The notes under the pieces are model-generated. The model did not search any database. It worked only from the letters and a program-made list of their open reading frames with translations, and was not told the DNA's origin. A DNA stretch of 64,000 nucleotides, taken from assembly GCA_951406725.2 (NCBI GenBank), contig OX597820.1:90086001-90150000 (forward strand), in the 5' to 3' direction. This document shows, in pieces, positions 27,940 to 42,194 of the stretch. How positions within the stretch are numbered: position 1 is the stretch's first letter; each line of letters opens with the position of its first letter. This stretch comes from Octopus vulgaris. Its lineage: Eukaryota. A program made the position numbers and the translations under genes.

Positions 27940-28420
27940 AGGCGGCGGGCTGGCAGAAATGTTAGCGCGCTGGGCGAACTGCTTATCGGTATTTCGTCTG
28001 TCGTTACGATCTGAGTTCAAATTCCGCCAAGGTCGACTTTGCTTTTAATCCTTTAAGGGTCGATAAATAAAGTAACAGTTACGCACTGGGGTCGATATAA
28101 CCGACTTAATCCGTTTGTCTGTCCTTGTTTGTCCCCTCTATGTTTGTCCCCTTGTGGGCAATATAGAAACATATATATTTCCCACTAGTGAATGCGGCGG
28201 GCTGGCAGAAACGTTAGCGCGCTGGGCGAAATGCTTATCGGTATTTCGTCTGGCGTTACGATCTGAGTTCAAATTCCGCCGAGGTCGACTTTGCTTTTAA
28301 TCCTTTCAGGGTCGATAAATAAAGTACCTGTTTCGCACTGGGGTCGACGTAATCGACTTAATCACATTGTCTTTCCTTGTTTGTCCCCTCTATGTTTAGC
28401 CCCGTGTGGGCAGTAATGAA
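27940..28420 (+). mobile_element. Two head-to-tail copies of the core-bearing tRNA-SINE
   Basis: Copies ~27940-28170 and ~28192-28420, period ~250 bp. Confidence 0.9.
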
Positions 28421-28799
28421 ATATATATATTTTACACTTCAGACAAAAAGTATCTCCGTAACTTATCCAACTTCATCTGTTTTAACGAGATTTCTACAAA
28501 CATGTGAGTAATGTCCTGATTACATTGAGAATGCAATGGAATAGTTGATATTTATACATTGTTAGCAGCAAAAGTGGGTTAAACTCATCTCATAATAACA
28601 AATCCAATTTCTCCATTAAAAAATAGCATGATGATCTGAAAACTTCATGTGACAAAATGTATCATATAGGTGGAAATTCTATTAGTTCGTTATGAATGAA
28701 ATGTCACTTTATAATTGAAATACATGTATAGAATTTATGTACGTAAATAAATGGTGAGAAAATTATATTGATAGAAATATCTTATAAATAAAACTTTTA

Positions 28800-29550
28800 T
28801 CAGAAACTTGATTTCTTCCACACATAAAGATTGAGAATTCGACAATATTTGCTTCATTGTTTTGCTTTGGCATGATACCAAAGAATGTGAATATTCGAAA
28901 TGTGAAAGCTCGGATCCTGAGGTAAAATGTTAACTGCTATTTACTTGTTCGGAATCCATATGCGCATCGTTATTTAAAAAGGCTGAGGTCTCTATTGATA
29001 TCTGGTTTGATCCCTTTATTTATAAGTTCCAAAAGAAAAGGAATGCAGTTTTGGATATTCTGCTCAATACACCCAAATATCTATTGTCCATCTAACAAAA
29101 GATCTCTATTGTATTTCTGTTTAAAAATTTAGTTTCCCCAATGTCAATAAGAATAGGGTGTATTTCTTAATATCCTTTCAATTTAGTCTCAATTCAAATG
29201 CAGAAAATGCTCAATTATGGTCGTTGTCTTCATGAACCAAATAAGGGTGGGGTGTATTTTCTCCATTTGTATGTATTTCCTATGAAATATCATAGAGAAG
29301 ATAGTTTTTAGTTTATATATATATGTGTGTATGTATGTATGTATGTATGTATGTATGTATGTATGTATGTATGTATGTATGTATGTATGTATATATATAT
29401 TCACAATGGTCAATTGGAATGAAAAAATGAAGCTTCCATTATTTAACTTCGGTTTTACATAGATTACTGATCCACCGTCTGTATTTGTCGAAGAATGTCT
29501 TGCCGCACGTATTTCATATATTATATAGCGGGCTTTATCGTGAATTGCAT
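28800..29550 (-). mobile_element. Merlin (IS1016/IS1595-like) transposase fossil, interrupted by (TATG)n
   Basis: Minus strand: TCG..DKYRRW..LCK, DIGETKF/KQKYNRDLLLDGQ*IFGCIE (cf. EIDESKFGKRKYNRG..GQWVFGGIE), QDPSFHISNIHILWYHAK (cf. DP..HTQNIExLW..K). Confidence 0.75.
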
Positions 29551-29989
29551 TAAATGAAATAATCATAATTTTAAGTTGAATTTTCTTAGACTCAATTAAC
29601 AAATATAATCATAATTAAGCACATTATTTTCTGTGATTTTTTTCTTTCTGTTCAATGTCTAATCTCAATTTCTTAACATAAATTTTAAAAGTGAACATTA
29701 TGAGACTGACATGATATTTCACTGATAAATAATCGAAACGTAAATAATGCGATACAAACAAAATAAATTATTTCATACTTATGCAGCCATATATATCTGT
29801 TTCTAATATATTAAGTAAATATGATTATCATCTCAATTGAAGTTTTACTCCATAGTTATTACTTTCATGTTGTTTTGTACCAGTTAATATATTTTTTATA
29901 TTCGTTAAGATATTCCATACAATGCACCTTTGTTTAATCTTTCAGTGCCAAGGAGTAAATGTTATAACATTACTTGTATTTGCATACGC

Positions 29990-31060
29990 AGCGAATAATC
30001 AGTGACATAGCATAGTTGCTTGTAACTGATTGTTGAGCTTCATTTTTATGCCATATACTGACAAAAATACCTGTTTCACTCATCCAGACAAGGTCAGTCA
30101 AATAGTAAATCGTATTAACTTTAGATTAATTCCGACAGGTTTCTTGAGCTCGAATGATCAAACCAATCTATACTATTGTACAATCAGAAGCAGGTTTCCA
30201 TTCATCATCCTTTTTGTGTAGCATGATTCGTGATGTTATGGGAAGAAAATTCACTGCTAATTATACAAAGTATGGCAGAGGATGGATTGTGTCATTTTGT
30301 CCGTTTTGATCAAGTATCTTCAAGTTAGCCAATTCTCCATTTTCAAGGAGATGGATGCATGTACTTATTCGCTAGGGATGTTTCATTATAAAATTCCAGC
30401 AATCAGTTTTAAAACTATCAGTGCCTCCAGCGATGAGATTTTGTGCTTAATTGCTCATCGCCCATCCACCCAGGTAAATTTCGTTCATATTTTCAGGATT
30501 TGTTCCTTTGCTGGAGTTGATTGTAATTTGCTTAATATCAATTCTTCTTCTTTGAGAAAGCCAGCAAGAACGCTGTGATATTCGCATGAAAGCATTGGCT
30601 GGTAATGCATTTAATCTAAAGTTTTCCATTGAAGTTTGACATACCTGGCATTTACTTTCCTTAATATGTATACTCCGGAGAAGTAACGAGTTTTATTCCT
30701 TTGTTGATAATTGTTTCGTATATTTTTCTCGCTTCACCAGACTAGCTTTGACAGTGCTTGAAAGTAAAATATCAGAGAGTTTCATTGTTCTAATATAACT
30801 TAAATTACATTTTCACACGATTCCCACCGACTGTGAACAAGCTCTGAAATTCTCGTACATGTTAACTACGCTTGATTCTCTGTGACATCGTTTGGATTTA
30901 CTACTTCAAAGAAAGTAAGATGACGATTTCTTGATAAATAACTGTAGATATAGGAAGACAAAACTTTCACTCCATGGCTTGAACCAAGTGAAAATGAATA
31001 GTAAACACAGCCTCTTTCAATGTCCTCAGACATTTATTCTTCTAGTCATCATTTTTGAGC
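29990..31060 (-). mobile_element. hAT transposase fossil
   Basis: Minus strand: GCVYYSFSLGSSH (CxCHS motif position), IYSY, EIYLGG, LANLKILD, DDEW, VKQVFLSVYGIKMKLNNQL (dimerisation-domain ERxFS...K.RN.L); many stops. Confidence 0.7.
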
Positions 31061-31619
31061 AATTATCACAATAAATCCAATGCTTTTATTCATGCAAAAA
31101 TTCTATTTCGTTGAGCACAGATTTTTAATAATCAAAAAGACCCTACGATGAAGAAGTATGTCTGTACTTTAAAATATAAAAAAGCCACACAACCAAAGCT
31201 AAGATTTGTTTCACTAATGCATTTGTACTTTCATCTATTAATATATATGCAACCATTTAATATTTCTACTTTTTCGTGGTACGTAATTACATCTTGTATA
31301 ACACGTAATTTAGTCCTTTCCAAATTTATATCTGTTGCTATTTTATTATCAGGAAATACTCATTTACTGATATGGACATGGTGATCTATATGTGTGAAAG
31401 ATATGTGATGCTTTAGAAAAACAAACAATAACAGACAATTAGCAATTCAGTTTTCATTACTCGTTCGTTATACAGGATATTTCTTTTGAAAAAGAATCTA
31501 GCTCAATACTAGAACTTGCAGCTGATTTAACTGTTTTATGATTCACAATGCTTTATGAGCTAAAAGCATAGATTTGTTTGAATTTTATAGTTGCATTCTG
31601 CAATAAATGCATTTGCATG

Positions 31620-31960
31620 CATCAGGATTGTCAGCATCTGTTGCTTAAAGTAAGGCCACCAAAATCAAACAACTCTTCTAAAAAATTTCGTATGTCACAC
31701 TGTCTCAGCTTTGGCGGAGTATGGTGTGCCATTATTAAAGGAGATAAAATATAAAAATAGAATATATTCAGTACACACTCATAATCGTTATCGCTCCACT
31801 AAAGTCAAAGAAGTGAATAACACATTTCTAGGTTCTGTAAGAAGTCTCACTGCGCAAGTGTTCGAAAAAGGTCTCGAAGCATTGCAAACCCATACAGGAA
31901 TGTTACATATTTGATCTAGAGGTTCACGTGGTTATTATTGAATAGGTATGCTTGTGTTTG
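31620..31960 (+). mobile_element. Degenerate mariner C-terminal remnant
   Basis: HTVSALAEYGVPLL ... VRSLTAQVFEKGLEALQ resembles the mariner C-terminus (FF..GI..L..RW). Confidence 0.35.
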
Positions 31961-32255
31961 TGTATGTATGCGTAGAACATGATATTAGAAATAGGTATCT
32001 AAATATGTGCAGTTAAAATTAGACATTCCACTTTACGACGTACTTCCATTTTCCTGAAGTCCTACATATCCTAATCTTAACATAAGAAGCACACACACGC
32101 AAAAACACACACACACACGAACGCACACACACATACACACAAATGCACATATGCACGCACACATGAGGTAATCTTTATTTTTGACTGCTGTGGTGCATAA
32201 AAACATTCGCATTTATATAAATGACAAAGGAGATGAGTAGGCTACGGCGACTAGA

Positions 32256-32303
32256 GCTACTAAATCACGTGATTTCATACACTTTTAGCTCATCAGTGGT
32301 AGC
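32256..32303 (-). ncRNA. Minimal hammerhead ribozyme motif (Penelope pLTR type)
   Basis: GCTACCA-CTGATGA-GCTAAAAGTGTAT-GAAA-TCACGTGA-TT-TAGTAGC: stem I, intact core, palindromic stem III; stem II imperfect. Confidence 0.55.
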
Positions 32304-32571
32304 CGTCAGAGATATATTGAAGTTCGGTGTCAATTCAGACACTAATGTCACAAATACACAGGGAGCTCATTAACAAACTAATTAATAGCGACATAAACTT
32401 TATTAAAACCAAAAGACATGCTTTATCAGCAAATTAACATGGAGGATATGTTAGAAGGCATAATACTGCGTTGTCTTTAGAAGACCTCTCTTATATGGAC
32501 TCCTGGTATATAAAAGCACTCGTATTCATATCGCTGGCAGGTAACCGCCTGTTATGTGTATGTGTGTATAC

Positions 32572-32626
<55 letters not shown>

Positions 32627-32627
32627 C

Positions 32628-32698
<71 letters not shown>

Positions 32699-32791
32699 CA
32701 TATATATACATATACATACATATATAAGGGTGCAGTCCAACTGCGTCCATTGTGAGTGGATTTGGTACACGGAAACTGAAAGAAGCCCATA

Positions 32792-32878
<87 letters not shown>

Positions 32879-33639
32879 GTGTACATTTAAACACATAACA
32901 GGTATCCATCATAGGACTACCTGCACGCTACAGATGACAATTAAGTTCCAAACCACTATTAGGGGTAAATTTTCGAAGGGAATTAAAAAAGAAAAACATT
33001 TACCAACTAACACCTGGACCAATGGTTTCAGACTTTTTTAGTAAATAAAATAATTTATTGTATCGGTCAAAAAATTCTGTAACTATTTGTCCAGGATACC
33101 TCTTATGTGCTTAAATGTACACTGTATTTATATGAATAATATATAGTCTATTGACTAAATTTTTACACGCTAGGCCACTGGTAGTGGAAATTTCTAATAT
33201 TTCAGATTACCCTGTGATATTAATTGTATATAGGATAATAAACCGAATGGTAGCTTACTGGGAAAGAAGATAGAATATACGAAGATTTATTATTAATCAC
33301 GATGATTGTTTCGCACATCTAGCGTTGATTCCTCTAGGTGGAACACTCAACAACTATTTCAGGAGTATCCGGTGGTGCAGATGTATCTGGTCTGGTGATA
33401 AATAAATTAATACAACTCGTTAAAATGACTGTTCCACAATGTAACTTTCTGTTTTTTATCGAGAAAAACAGCCAGACGGAGGAAGATCAAAAATAATATT
33501 GTAGATGACAAAAAGAGAGAAAATTCTCGTATATTCCATCTTCTGTCTTTCATTTGTTACATATGTGCGTACGCGCCCGTGTGTATATATGTATCGGCAT
33601 ACATATATGCATATGCATGTATATACATATATTTTTTCT

Positions 33640-33917
33640 TTACTACCGACAAGGGGCTAAACACAGAGGAGACAAACAAGGACAGACAAACGGATTAAGT
33701 CGATTATATCGACTCCAGTGTGTAATTTATATCGACTCCAGTGTGTTATTTATCGACCTCGAAAGGACGAAAGGCAAAGTCGACATCGGCGGAATTTGAA
33801 CTCAGAATGTAACGGCAGACAAAATACGGCTACGCATTTCACCCGGCGTGCTAACGTTTCTGTCAGCTTGCCGTCTTATATACATGTATATATATTTATA
33901 TACATTCACACACGCAT

Positions 33918-33970
<53 letters not shown>

Positions 33971-34200
33971 TATATATGTTTCTTTATTGGCCACAAGGGG
34001 CTAAACACAGTGGGGACAAACAAGGACAGACAAACGGATTAAGTCGATTATATCGACCCCAGTGCGTAACTGGTACTTATTTAATCGACCCCGAAAGGAT
34101 GAAAGGCAAAGTCGACCTCGGCGGAATTTGAACTCAGAACGTAACGGCAGACGAAATACGGCTATGCATTTCGCCCGGCGTGCTAACGATTCTGCCAGTC
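33640..34200 (-). mobile_element. Two tandem copies of the core-bearing tRNA-SINE separated by (CA)n
   Basis: Copies ~33640-33875 and ~33985-34200 match the family at 16520. Confidence 0.9.
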
Positions 34201-35299
34201 TGGGGTTGGCACTTGTGTTTCAAAGAATGTGTTTTACACTTCGTTCAAAAATTATAGTTCAGTCATTCCCTTTTCTCAACTACTAACTATCTGCATTCTA
34301 TCAAGCGGCAATCCGCTCAATGTGGAATGGAGTAAAACAAAGAAACTTGCCGCAGAGACTCCTAATTCTTAGTTTTGCATAGGTGATAATTTACGCAGAC
34401 AAGTGATTCTTATTTCTCCAAATGTGTTAGTGTGTGAATGATTGCTTTAGAAATGGTCATAAATATAACTAACCACGACTGTTCTAAACATTTATGTGTT
34501 ACCTGACAATATCTCATAGGACAAAACCTAGAGTAATGAGGAAATGAATCATTCCCTAGGAACGAATATAACGTTCGTACGTGGAAGGTACGTCAACTTT
34601 CTAGTCAGCCTGCGGGGATGACAGATGATCTTTTTTATATATAACTTACTTGTGTCAGTCAATATAATGCGGTCATGCTGGGACACCACTTTGGTGAATT
34701 TTTGTAGTCGAGTGAATCGACTTCAGGACATATTATTTTATTGAAGCCGAATAAAATAACCCTAATAAAAGAAACCATTATTATATTTAAGGTTGATACT
34801 TATATCGTTTTCTTAGCCGAAACACTAAGTTGGAGGTAGGCAAACAAACTAGCACCAGTTGCCAAGCGGTTGTAGGAAACACACACACACACACACACAC
34901 GTCTATATAATACACACACACACATCTATAACACACACACACACATATTTCCAAAAATGGTTACCGAGTTTCCTCTTAAATCGGTTTTAAATACCGGCTA
35001 GTTACAGTGAATGTTGGTGACTCTCGAGTATCACCAACATGACTCCGGTAATTATTCACGCTTGATAAATCCGTATGTCCTTATCGGGACTGCATAGCTT
35101 CCAAAGAGTAAGTAATAGTATTAATAATGGTCAGCAGAACGAGGTTTTCCACATCGGTAATTTTATGAAACAGTTATTTTCAGTTTATAAAACAGTTATT
35201 TTCAGTTATTTAGAGCATTTTTTGTGGACTTACGCGCGTTTCCACTGCATCACATAGTTAGGTGCAGATTTTGGTGTTACTATCAATAATGTAAAGTTC

Positions 35300-36230
35300 A
35301 AAATGTAGTTTAAAGTTCTAAAGTCACATCAGAAGGCGCCGGATATTTCTATATAGGTGTTAGTCCATTTAATGCAACTTTGAGTAAATTAGTTTGGTCG
35401 CTAAAGATATTATTAAAATATACACAGTTGGTAGATATAATTAGTAGTGCTAAACTATATACTAGAGGGAATAAACGATGTGATATCTGTGTTGCGGAAA
35501 TATACCAAATTTTCACTTCAAAGTGGAATCTGATAAACTCTAGACATGAACGTGGTAAAATGCATTCATATGAATAAATATACTTTTAATAAATTAAAAT
35601 AAACGCATTACATATAATAAACAAGAAAATTATAACTTACTAGAAAAAGCATTGTGAAAATATAAAAGAAAAACAAATAATAAATCAAATTTAAACCAAC
35701 ACCTTAAAAATAAAAATTCTCTTCTATATGAGTAGAATAGTAAGCTTACGTTTAATAAATTCAGTTTCAAATAAAAGCATTATACTTAATAGAGCAAGGA
35801 AATTATTAATTAATAGAATAGCAATTGCAAATAATAAACCAAAATTAAATACATGGAAAAATCCTTTTAGAATGTGTTGGATGGTAAGCTTTCTGATAAT
35901 AATAATACTAATGATCCTGCACAACCTCCTGACCTTGATTATTTTGAAAACTTCACGTACCAAAGTAGCCGAGGTAAACCTTGGGTCAAGAATGATACAA
36001 ATATATATATATATATATACTAACACCAACACTTCCTGAAAGAAACTCTATTCAGTTAGCTTCCTGATTTCTTCAGATTAACTTTGAATGACAGTAAATA
36101 ATGAATCCTGAAGATGTTGCATCGAAAATAACAGTTGATACAGTTGAAACGCGTGTAAGTCCACGAATGAATGATGTAATAACTGTAAACAACTATTTAA
36201 TAAAATTGTGTAGATCTCCGTTCTCCTGAT
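35300..36230 (+). mobile_element. Penelope-like element 3' end (GIY-YIG endonuclease plus pLTR with HHR-like motif)
   Basis: QNVV*..KV....YFYIG, then AKLYTRGNKRCDICVAEIYQI...LINSRHE; AT-rich tail; CTGAAGA...GAAACGCGTGTA at 36108-36157. Confidence 0.75.
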
Positions 36231-36262
36231 CATTAATAATACTATATATAGATATACATATA

Positions 36263-36412
36263 TACGACGGGCTTCTTCAGTTTCCGTCTTCCAAATCCAC
36301 TCACAAAGCTTTGGTCGACTCGAGGCTAAAGAAAAAAAGCACTTGCTCAAGGGGTCACACAGAGGTTCTGAACCCAGGACCATGTGGTTGGGAAGCTTGT
36401 TACCACATAGTT
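36263..36412 (-). mobile_element. tRNA/CORE-like SINE 5' part
   Basis: Same family as 13063-13228. Confidence 0.82.
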
Positions 36413-36469
36413 GTGACTGGGTAAGAACTTTGCATAAGATGAAGAAGAGTTGTGTATTTATTTCTATAA

Positions 36470-36685
36470 TGCCCACAATGGGCTAAACATAGATGGGACA
36501 AACAAGGACAGACAAAGGAATTAAGTTGATGAGATCGACCCTAGTGCGTAAATTGTACTTATTTAATCGACCCTGAAAAGATGAAAAGCAAAGTAGACCT
36601 CGGCGGAATTTGAACTCAGACTGTAACGACAGACGAAATATCGCCAAGCATTTCGCTCGGCGTGCTAACGATTCTGCCAGCTCGT
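36470..36685 (-). mobile_element. Core-bearing tRNA-SINE copy
   Basis: Matches the family at 16520/33985. Confidence 0.88.
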
Positions 36686-37646
36686 TGTGTATTGTCAACT
36701 TCCCCCCCCACGTCCAGTAGCAAGAGCAGGTCAGAACGACTTGGGATGGAAACTGATTTAATGGATAACCAAGAAGTCTTACTTGCCTCATCTTCCTGTC
36801 CATATTCCACAATTCGTTGCTCCTACTACTTCCCTCTCTACTGAACAATGAATGTTTCCTCCGCGGTCTCCGCCGGATCCAGTTTTCACAGGCATATGTA
36901 GGTAAACCATAACATTCTTATCCATTGGTTATCCTCCTCTGCTTTAGCCCATCCCTCGATGCGGGTTACTGTTGAATGCAAATAACCAGGTAGAGGTCAA
37001 AGTGCCAGATAGAGGTGAAAGCCGAAGAGGGCGACGTATACTCCTTTCACACGGGCCGCCCCTTCCTCATACGCCATTTACCACAAAGTAAAGTAAACAC
37101 ATAAACACACACTGACATGCATATTCACACAAACACACAGAGACCTACGCGCTGCACGCATATATAAACGATTGTAGCTAGAATCACCGGCTGTAGGGGT
37201 CATTTGTCCGAACTAGAAAACTACCACGTGAATTGAATTAGTTTATAAGTGAGCGAGTATTCAGCAGACACATAATTCTCAGAAAAAATCATCGCGACAT
37301 CACGTGCTAATGCTAGAAGTTTGAATTTTGTGTAGAATTAATCTCGACAGAGTCCCATACTGTTTCTATCTACCCAGTTTGAGTCACACGAGGCCGAAGG
37401 GAATAACAATCAAGTACCACGGTGCTCCCAAGGACAGATACACAACTGAATCGAAATCAGTAATTTATGGTTAAGAAGCGATATTTTAAACAATTCAGCA
37501 TTTGTACACATCTTACATACTCCCATCTCCGCATTCTTTCTCTTTCTTTGTGCGTTCATAAGCCCCTGCCTTTGTCTGTCTGTCTCTCAGTTTCTCTCTC
37601 TTTCTCACTCTCTTTCACTTCGTCTTTGTGTGAGTAAATATATATG

Positions 37647-37715
<69 letters not shown>

Positions 37716-38049
37716 GTGTGTTCGTATGTGTGCATGTGTGTGTACACATATATATATATATGTGTGTGTGTGTATGTGCGTGCGTGCATGCTTTTGTGTG
37801 TGTGTGTATGTGAGTGTGTTTATTCTTGTCTACATGCACTGTATTCAGTAAAAACTGAAAATATTTGCGCATCCTATCAGTTTCATCACCAATATACAGA
37901 GGCATCAAGAGAAATATACAACTAACTGAAATATCGGCCAGTCTTTCATACACAGGCTCACAAACATACACACATAAACAGATATACACACGTGCACGCA
38001 GACACACTCACACAACACACACACGCACATGTACACACATACAAACACA

Positions 38050-38084
<35 letters not shown>

Positions 38085-38834
38085 GGGTATTGATTCATAG
38101 AGCACAACTGGTGATAATATATTAAACTCTTCCTTGATATTATTTGAAAATTATTTTTATCTTCTTTGCTGTTAGATTATTAAAGCAAATTCACTTTAGT
38201 TTTCAACAAGTATCTTTATAACGATCTCATGTTTGTTATATACACTGTAGCTCTTTATTATGAATAGACTTGATTTCAATATTAGGTCTTTTAGCAAATC
38301 GGATCGAACTGTTTTTTGCAATGGCGTCTCTGGAAGTAAACATGAAATACGGAATTGTAATAATACATCGATGATTATGATGACAAGATGATACTTCAAA
38401 ACATTCTTTTGTATTAGGAAATTAAATGTATTTTTTATACGAATATCTTTCCGCTGTAAGTATATGTAGAGCGAAATATTGCTAGATTGAAAACAAAAGG
38501 ATTTGCTAGATCTAAATATTGAAGTAGTGATGTGAACTGAGCAAAGAATACAAGGATGTTACAGGGATGTGGTGGTGTATAAATATTAGAAACATGTTAC
38601 AATTAAATGGTGTTTCGAGTAGCATGGTATGTAAAGGATGAGAAAAGGAACTGGGTTTTGAAGGAGCTTGCAAATATAAAGAATAAAATTCGTTCCTCAT
38701 ACAAGGGTGTATAATGCATTCTAGAGAGGACCCCTTGTAGAGAAATGCTATTAAGAAAATTACATGGATGAAGAGTTAGAAATTTGTTTCGTGGGGTAAA
38801 AAAAAGCAAGGACATTTGGGAAAGCGAAAATATA

Positions 38835-39047
38835 CGAGGTGGGGGTCGAAGAGTTCTTGGCTTTGGGTGAAAGAAAATGCAAGGGGAACCGTTATGATTT
38901 TATGCAACATATTTTCCTCTCCGATTCACACATTTATTGCAGAGGCCCTTCAGTTTTTTAAGCCCTGTAAAAAAACTTGGAAGTTTGAACCTCCAGCCTG
39001 GCCTTTCGCAACACCCCTAAAGCCAGAAGTTTTTCAGCATCTCCTCG
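38835..39047. mobile_element. Mariner-type MITE
   Basis: TA|CGAGGTGGGGGTCGAAGAGTTCTTGGCTTT ... AAAGCCAGAAGTTTTTCAGCATCTCCTCG|TA: imperfect TIRs with TA TSD. Confidence 0.75.
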
Positions 39048-40848
39048 TATAGTAGTGAAACTATAAGTGTATGTATAACTATAAGGCTACAGATATGTAG
39101 ATATGTGTATTAGGGATTAATAAATACAGGGTAAGATAAATTCGTACGTGTTTCAATGCGTGGATGTGGGTTTTAAGAGAAGTAAGATTGAAAGCATAAA
39201 TAGGATTTCTATTTCTGTTTTATTATATTTCATATGGTTGATAAAATAAAACAAAGCAGAAGGGAATGCTTGCGGAAAGACTGTCTCTGTACTTATATGG
39301 ATCATCGATAGAGGGAAAGGAAAGATATATGAAAGAAGAGAAAATCTATGTTCAAGCAATCGGAAAAGAGCAATTGTAGCAGGATTGTAGGGAAAAAAAA
39401 GGGAGAGAATTAGGAAGTAAAGAGTGAAAAGATGGATTAACAAGAAAACAAAAAAATAAAAGATTGGTTAACAAAACAGAGAGTGGATAGAGGAGACAAG
39501 GAGTAAAGTAAATTGAAAACAGAATCAAAAAAAAAAAAGGCTAAAACGCTGAATAGAAGGAAATAGAAGGGCAATTAAATGTAGTGGAACAATTTTTAGT
39601 GAGAGCAAGAGAGACGTATATAAACAAGGAGAGAGAGTGGAGAGAGATGGGGAGAGAGATAGAGAGCGAAAGTGAAAGAGAGTTAGGTAGAAGGGGTGAG
39701 AGAAGAAGTGTGATAAAGAAATAGTTGAAGTAGGAAAGTATGGGGCTGATATTCGAAGAATGTGAGTTAATATAAGATTGTTGCTAAAATTGAATATGGG
39801 TGATTGATATCGTGGAATGGAAAGCAGGCTTGGTATCAAAGAGTGGAATGTTATTTTAATGTTAGTGTAGCTGAGATGGGAAAGTAACGACAGGAAATAT
39901 TATTGTCTGTGAAGTAAAGAAAGGATTGATAGAACGTAGAAAGAGAAGGAGGATAAGTAGTAAGAGGAGGAGGAGGAGGAGGCGAACGAGAAGACAAGAT
40001 TTGTTGCAACAACAAATGACCAGCCACAACTGTAATATTGCTGGTGTTTGACCGAGTTTTAGATCAGCAGCATGAAAAAAGGAAGAAAAAAGAATATACT
40101 ATTAGAAATAACGATTAATTTATTACGGTTATTTCCTTTATTTTCTCTGTAATGGAATGAGAAAAGAAAAGAAAAGAAAAAAAAGAAAAAAGAAATCCCA
40201 ATTGTTGATAATATAATCAAAGCAGGCGGAGAAACAAATCGTATTAATATATTGTAAAAAGTAAAGATATGTATCAATTGGAGAATATTAACGTATATTT
40301 ATAGTGAGGAATATTAAAAGAGTATAACTAAAAAGTAGGTATTAGTTGGAGGCTGCAGCTCTAATATGATAATATACACGATAAAATATAAAGGTTGATG
40401 CTAGTGTTACGACGTAGCAATAATGAACGAGGCTATGATAAAATCAGCCGCCGTTCTTAGTTGCTGTATAATGTAGTAAAGTTTAAAAATGTCACTGTTA
40501 AAATTCTATACGATAAGTGGAATAGACAGTTATAGAGTGCGTGTGTGCACGATGGAACTCACACCAATGTAAATTAGAAATGAATAAACAACAAAAATAA
40601 AAATAAAAAGCAACACATTTATAATAAATAGAATGCCCCCCCACACACACACATATACACATAAAACTTGAAAATATTGATATATAACTGAACAGCGTGG
40701 TTTAAGTCACGTGAGGTGTATAGAAATAGGCGCGTGTGTATGCATGTGTGCTTGTGTGTGAGTATTTTTCTGTTTGTGTGTATGTGTATACTTGAATGTA
40801 TATATACATGCCTTCCTCTCTCTTTCTTTGTCCTTCTGTGAGTGTGTG

Positions 40849-40880
<32 letters not shown>

Positions 40881-40926
40881 CAAAGTAAGATACGGGTTAT
40901 GAGGGTAACCCACTGTGGGATATCAG

Positions 40927-40963
<37 letters not shown>

Positions 40964-40988
40964 TTATTTATATATATATATATATATA

Positions 40989-41021
<33 letters not shown>

Positions 41022-41422
41022 GCATCACATTGAATATAAATGTATATATATACATTCACATTCCCACACACGTACACATACACACACGCTCTCTCACACA
41101 CGCACGCACGCACTTACTAAGGAGATAGAGCTATAATCCAAGCTGTGTATTCATGAAGCACAACGGCATATTCCAGTTCTCCAAAGTATATTTGTAGATG
41201 TTATGATTTATATGAGAGTTGAAAATAATAAAGGATACTATTAAATATCGGAGAATATTTATTGGTGTGTAATTATTTGTTAAAATAGAAAACTAGGAAT
41301 TTTGATTATCATTCATTCCGTATGACGAGTTTCAATTCTAATAGGATTTAGAAACTCATGCACATAGACAAGCATGGAAGGGATACTCTCGTCAGTAATT
41401 CATCAGGCCGAGAGTTAAGATA

Positions 41423-41466
<44 letters not shown>

Positions 41467-41734
41467 CTCTCTCTATATATATGCGTGTGTGTATCGTTGT
41501 GACTGTGTTTGTACGCCACCAACGTTTTACATGCGGTGTTAGCGAATTTATGTCCCCCCTCATCTAGTGGTCCGTCAAAAGTTTCGAGAGAATGTGGGCT
41601 AGGGTTAACAAAATTAGGTACTTATTTAGATTCATAGAAACTAAAAATTCTTCAAGGCGGTGCCTCCTCATGGTCGCAAAGTAAAGACTAAAATACATAT
41701 ATGCACATACATGCACACATACATACATACATAC

Positions 41735-41811
<77 letters not shown>

Positions 41812-42194
41812 TACCACCATAATAGTTATAGAAGATAAAACTTGATTCTAAAACCATATTAAATGTTCTTACAGCACCAGCAGTGAAAACTAAGATGAGG
41901 CAAAGCATTTCTTATGCAACGCCAGAAATCCGAGATCTGGAATTATCCAATAATTTTTTTACTAGTACATTTTTGTCTCTTTGTCTTCTCTCCTGGTGTT
42001 GTATGAACATGTAATGTGGTTTTACACTCAAGTTTTCGCTGCTATATCTAGCATGGTGGTATCTTTTAGAAACACTTAATTATAATTGTAATAATAAGTA
42101 TTACCTATGAGGTTTTTATTCCCATTCTAGCCACTTGATATGATCGATATTTTAAACAATGATCTTATCCTTATTCATATATATATATATAGAC

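Noticed and set aside
27940-34200. CRISPR-like repeated units
   Set aside because: Repeats are ~230-bp SINEs and microsatellites; no short repeat-spacer periodicity and no cas genes.
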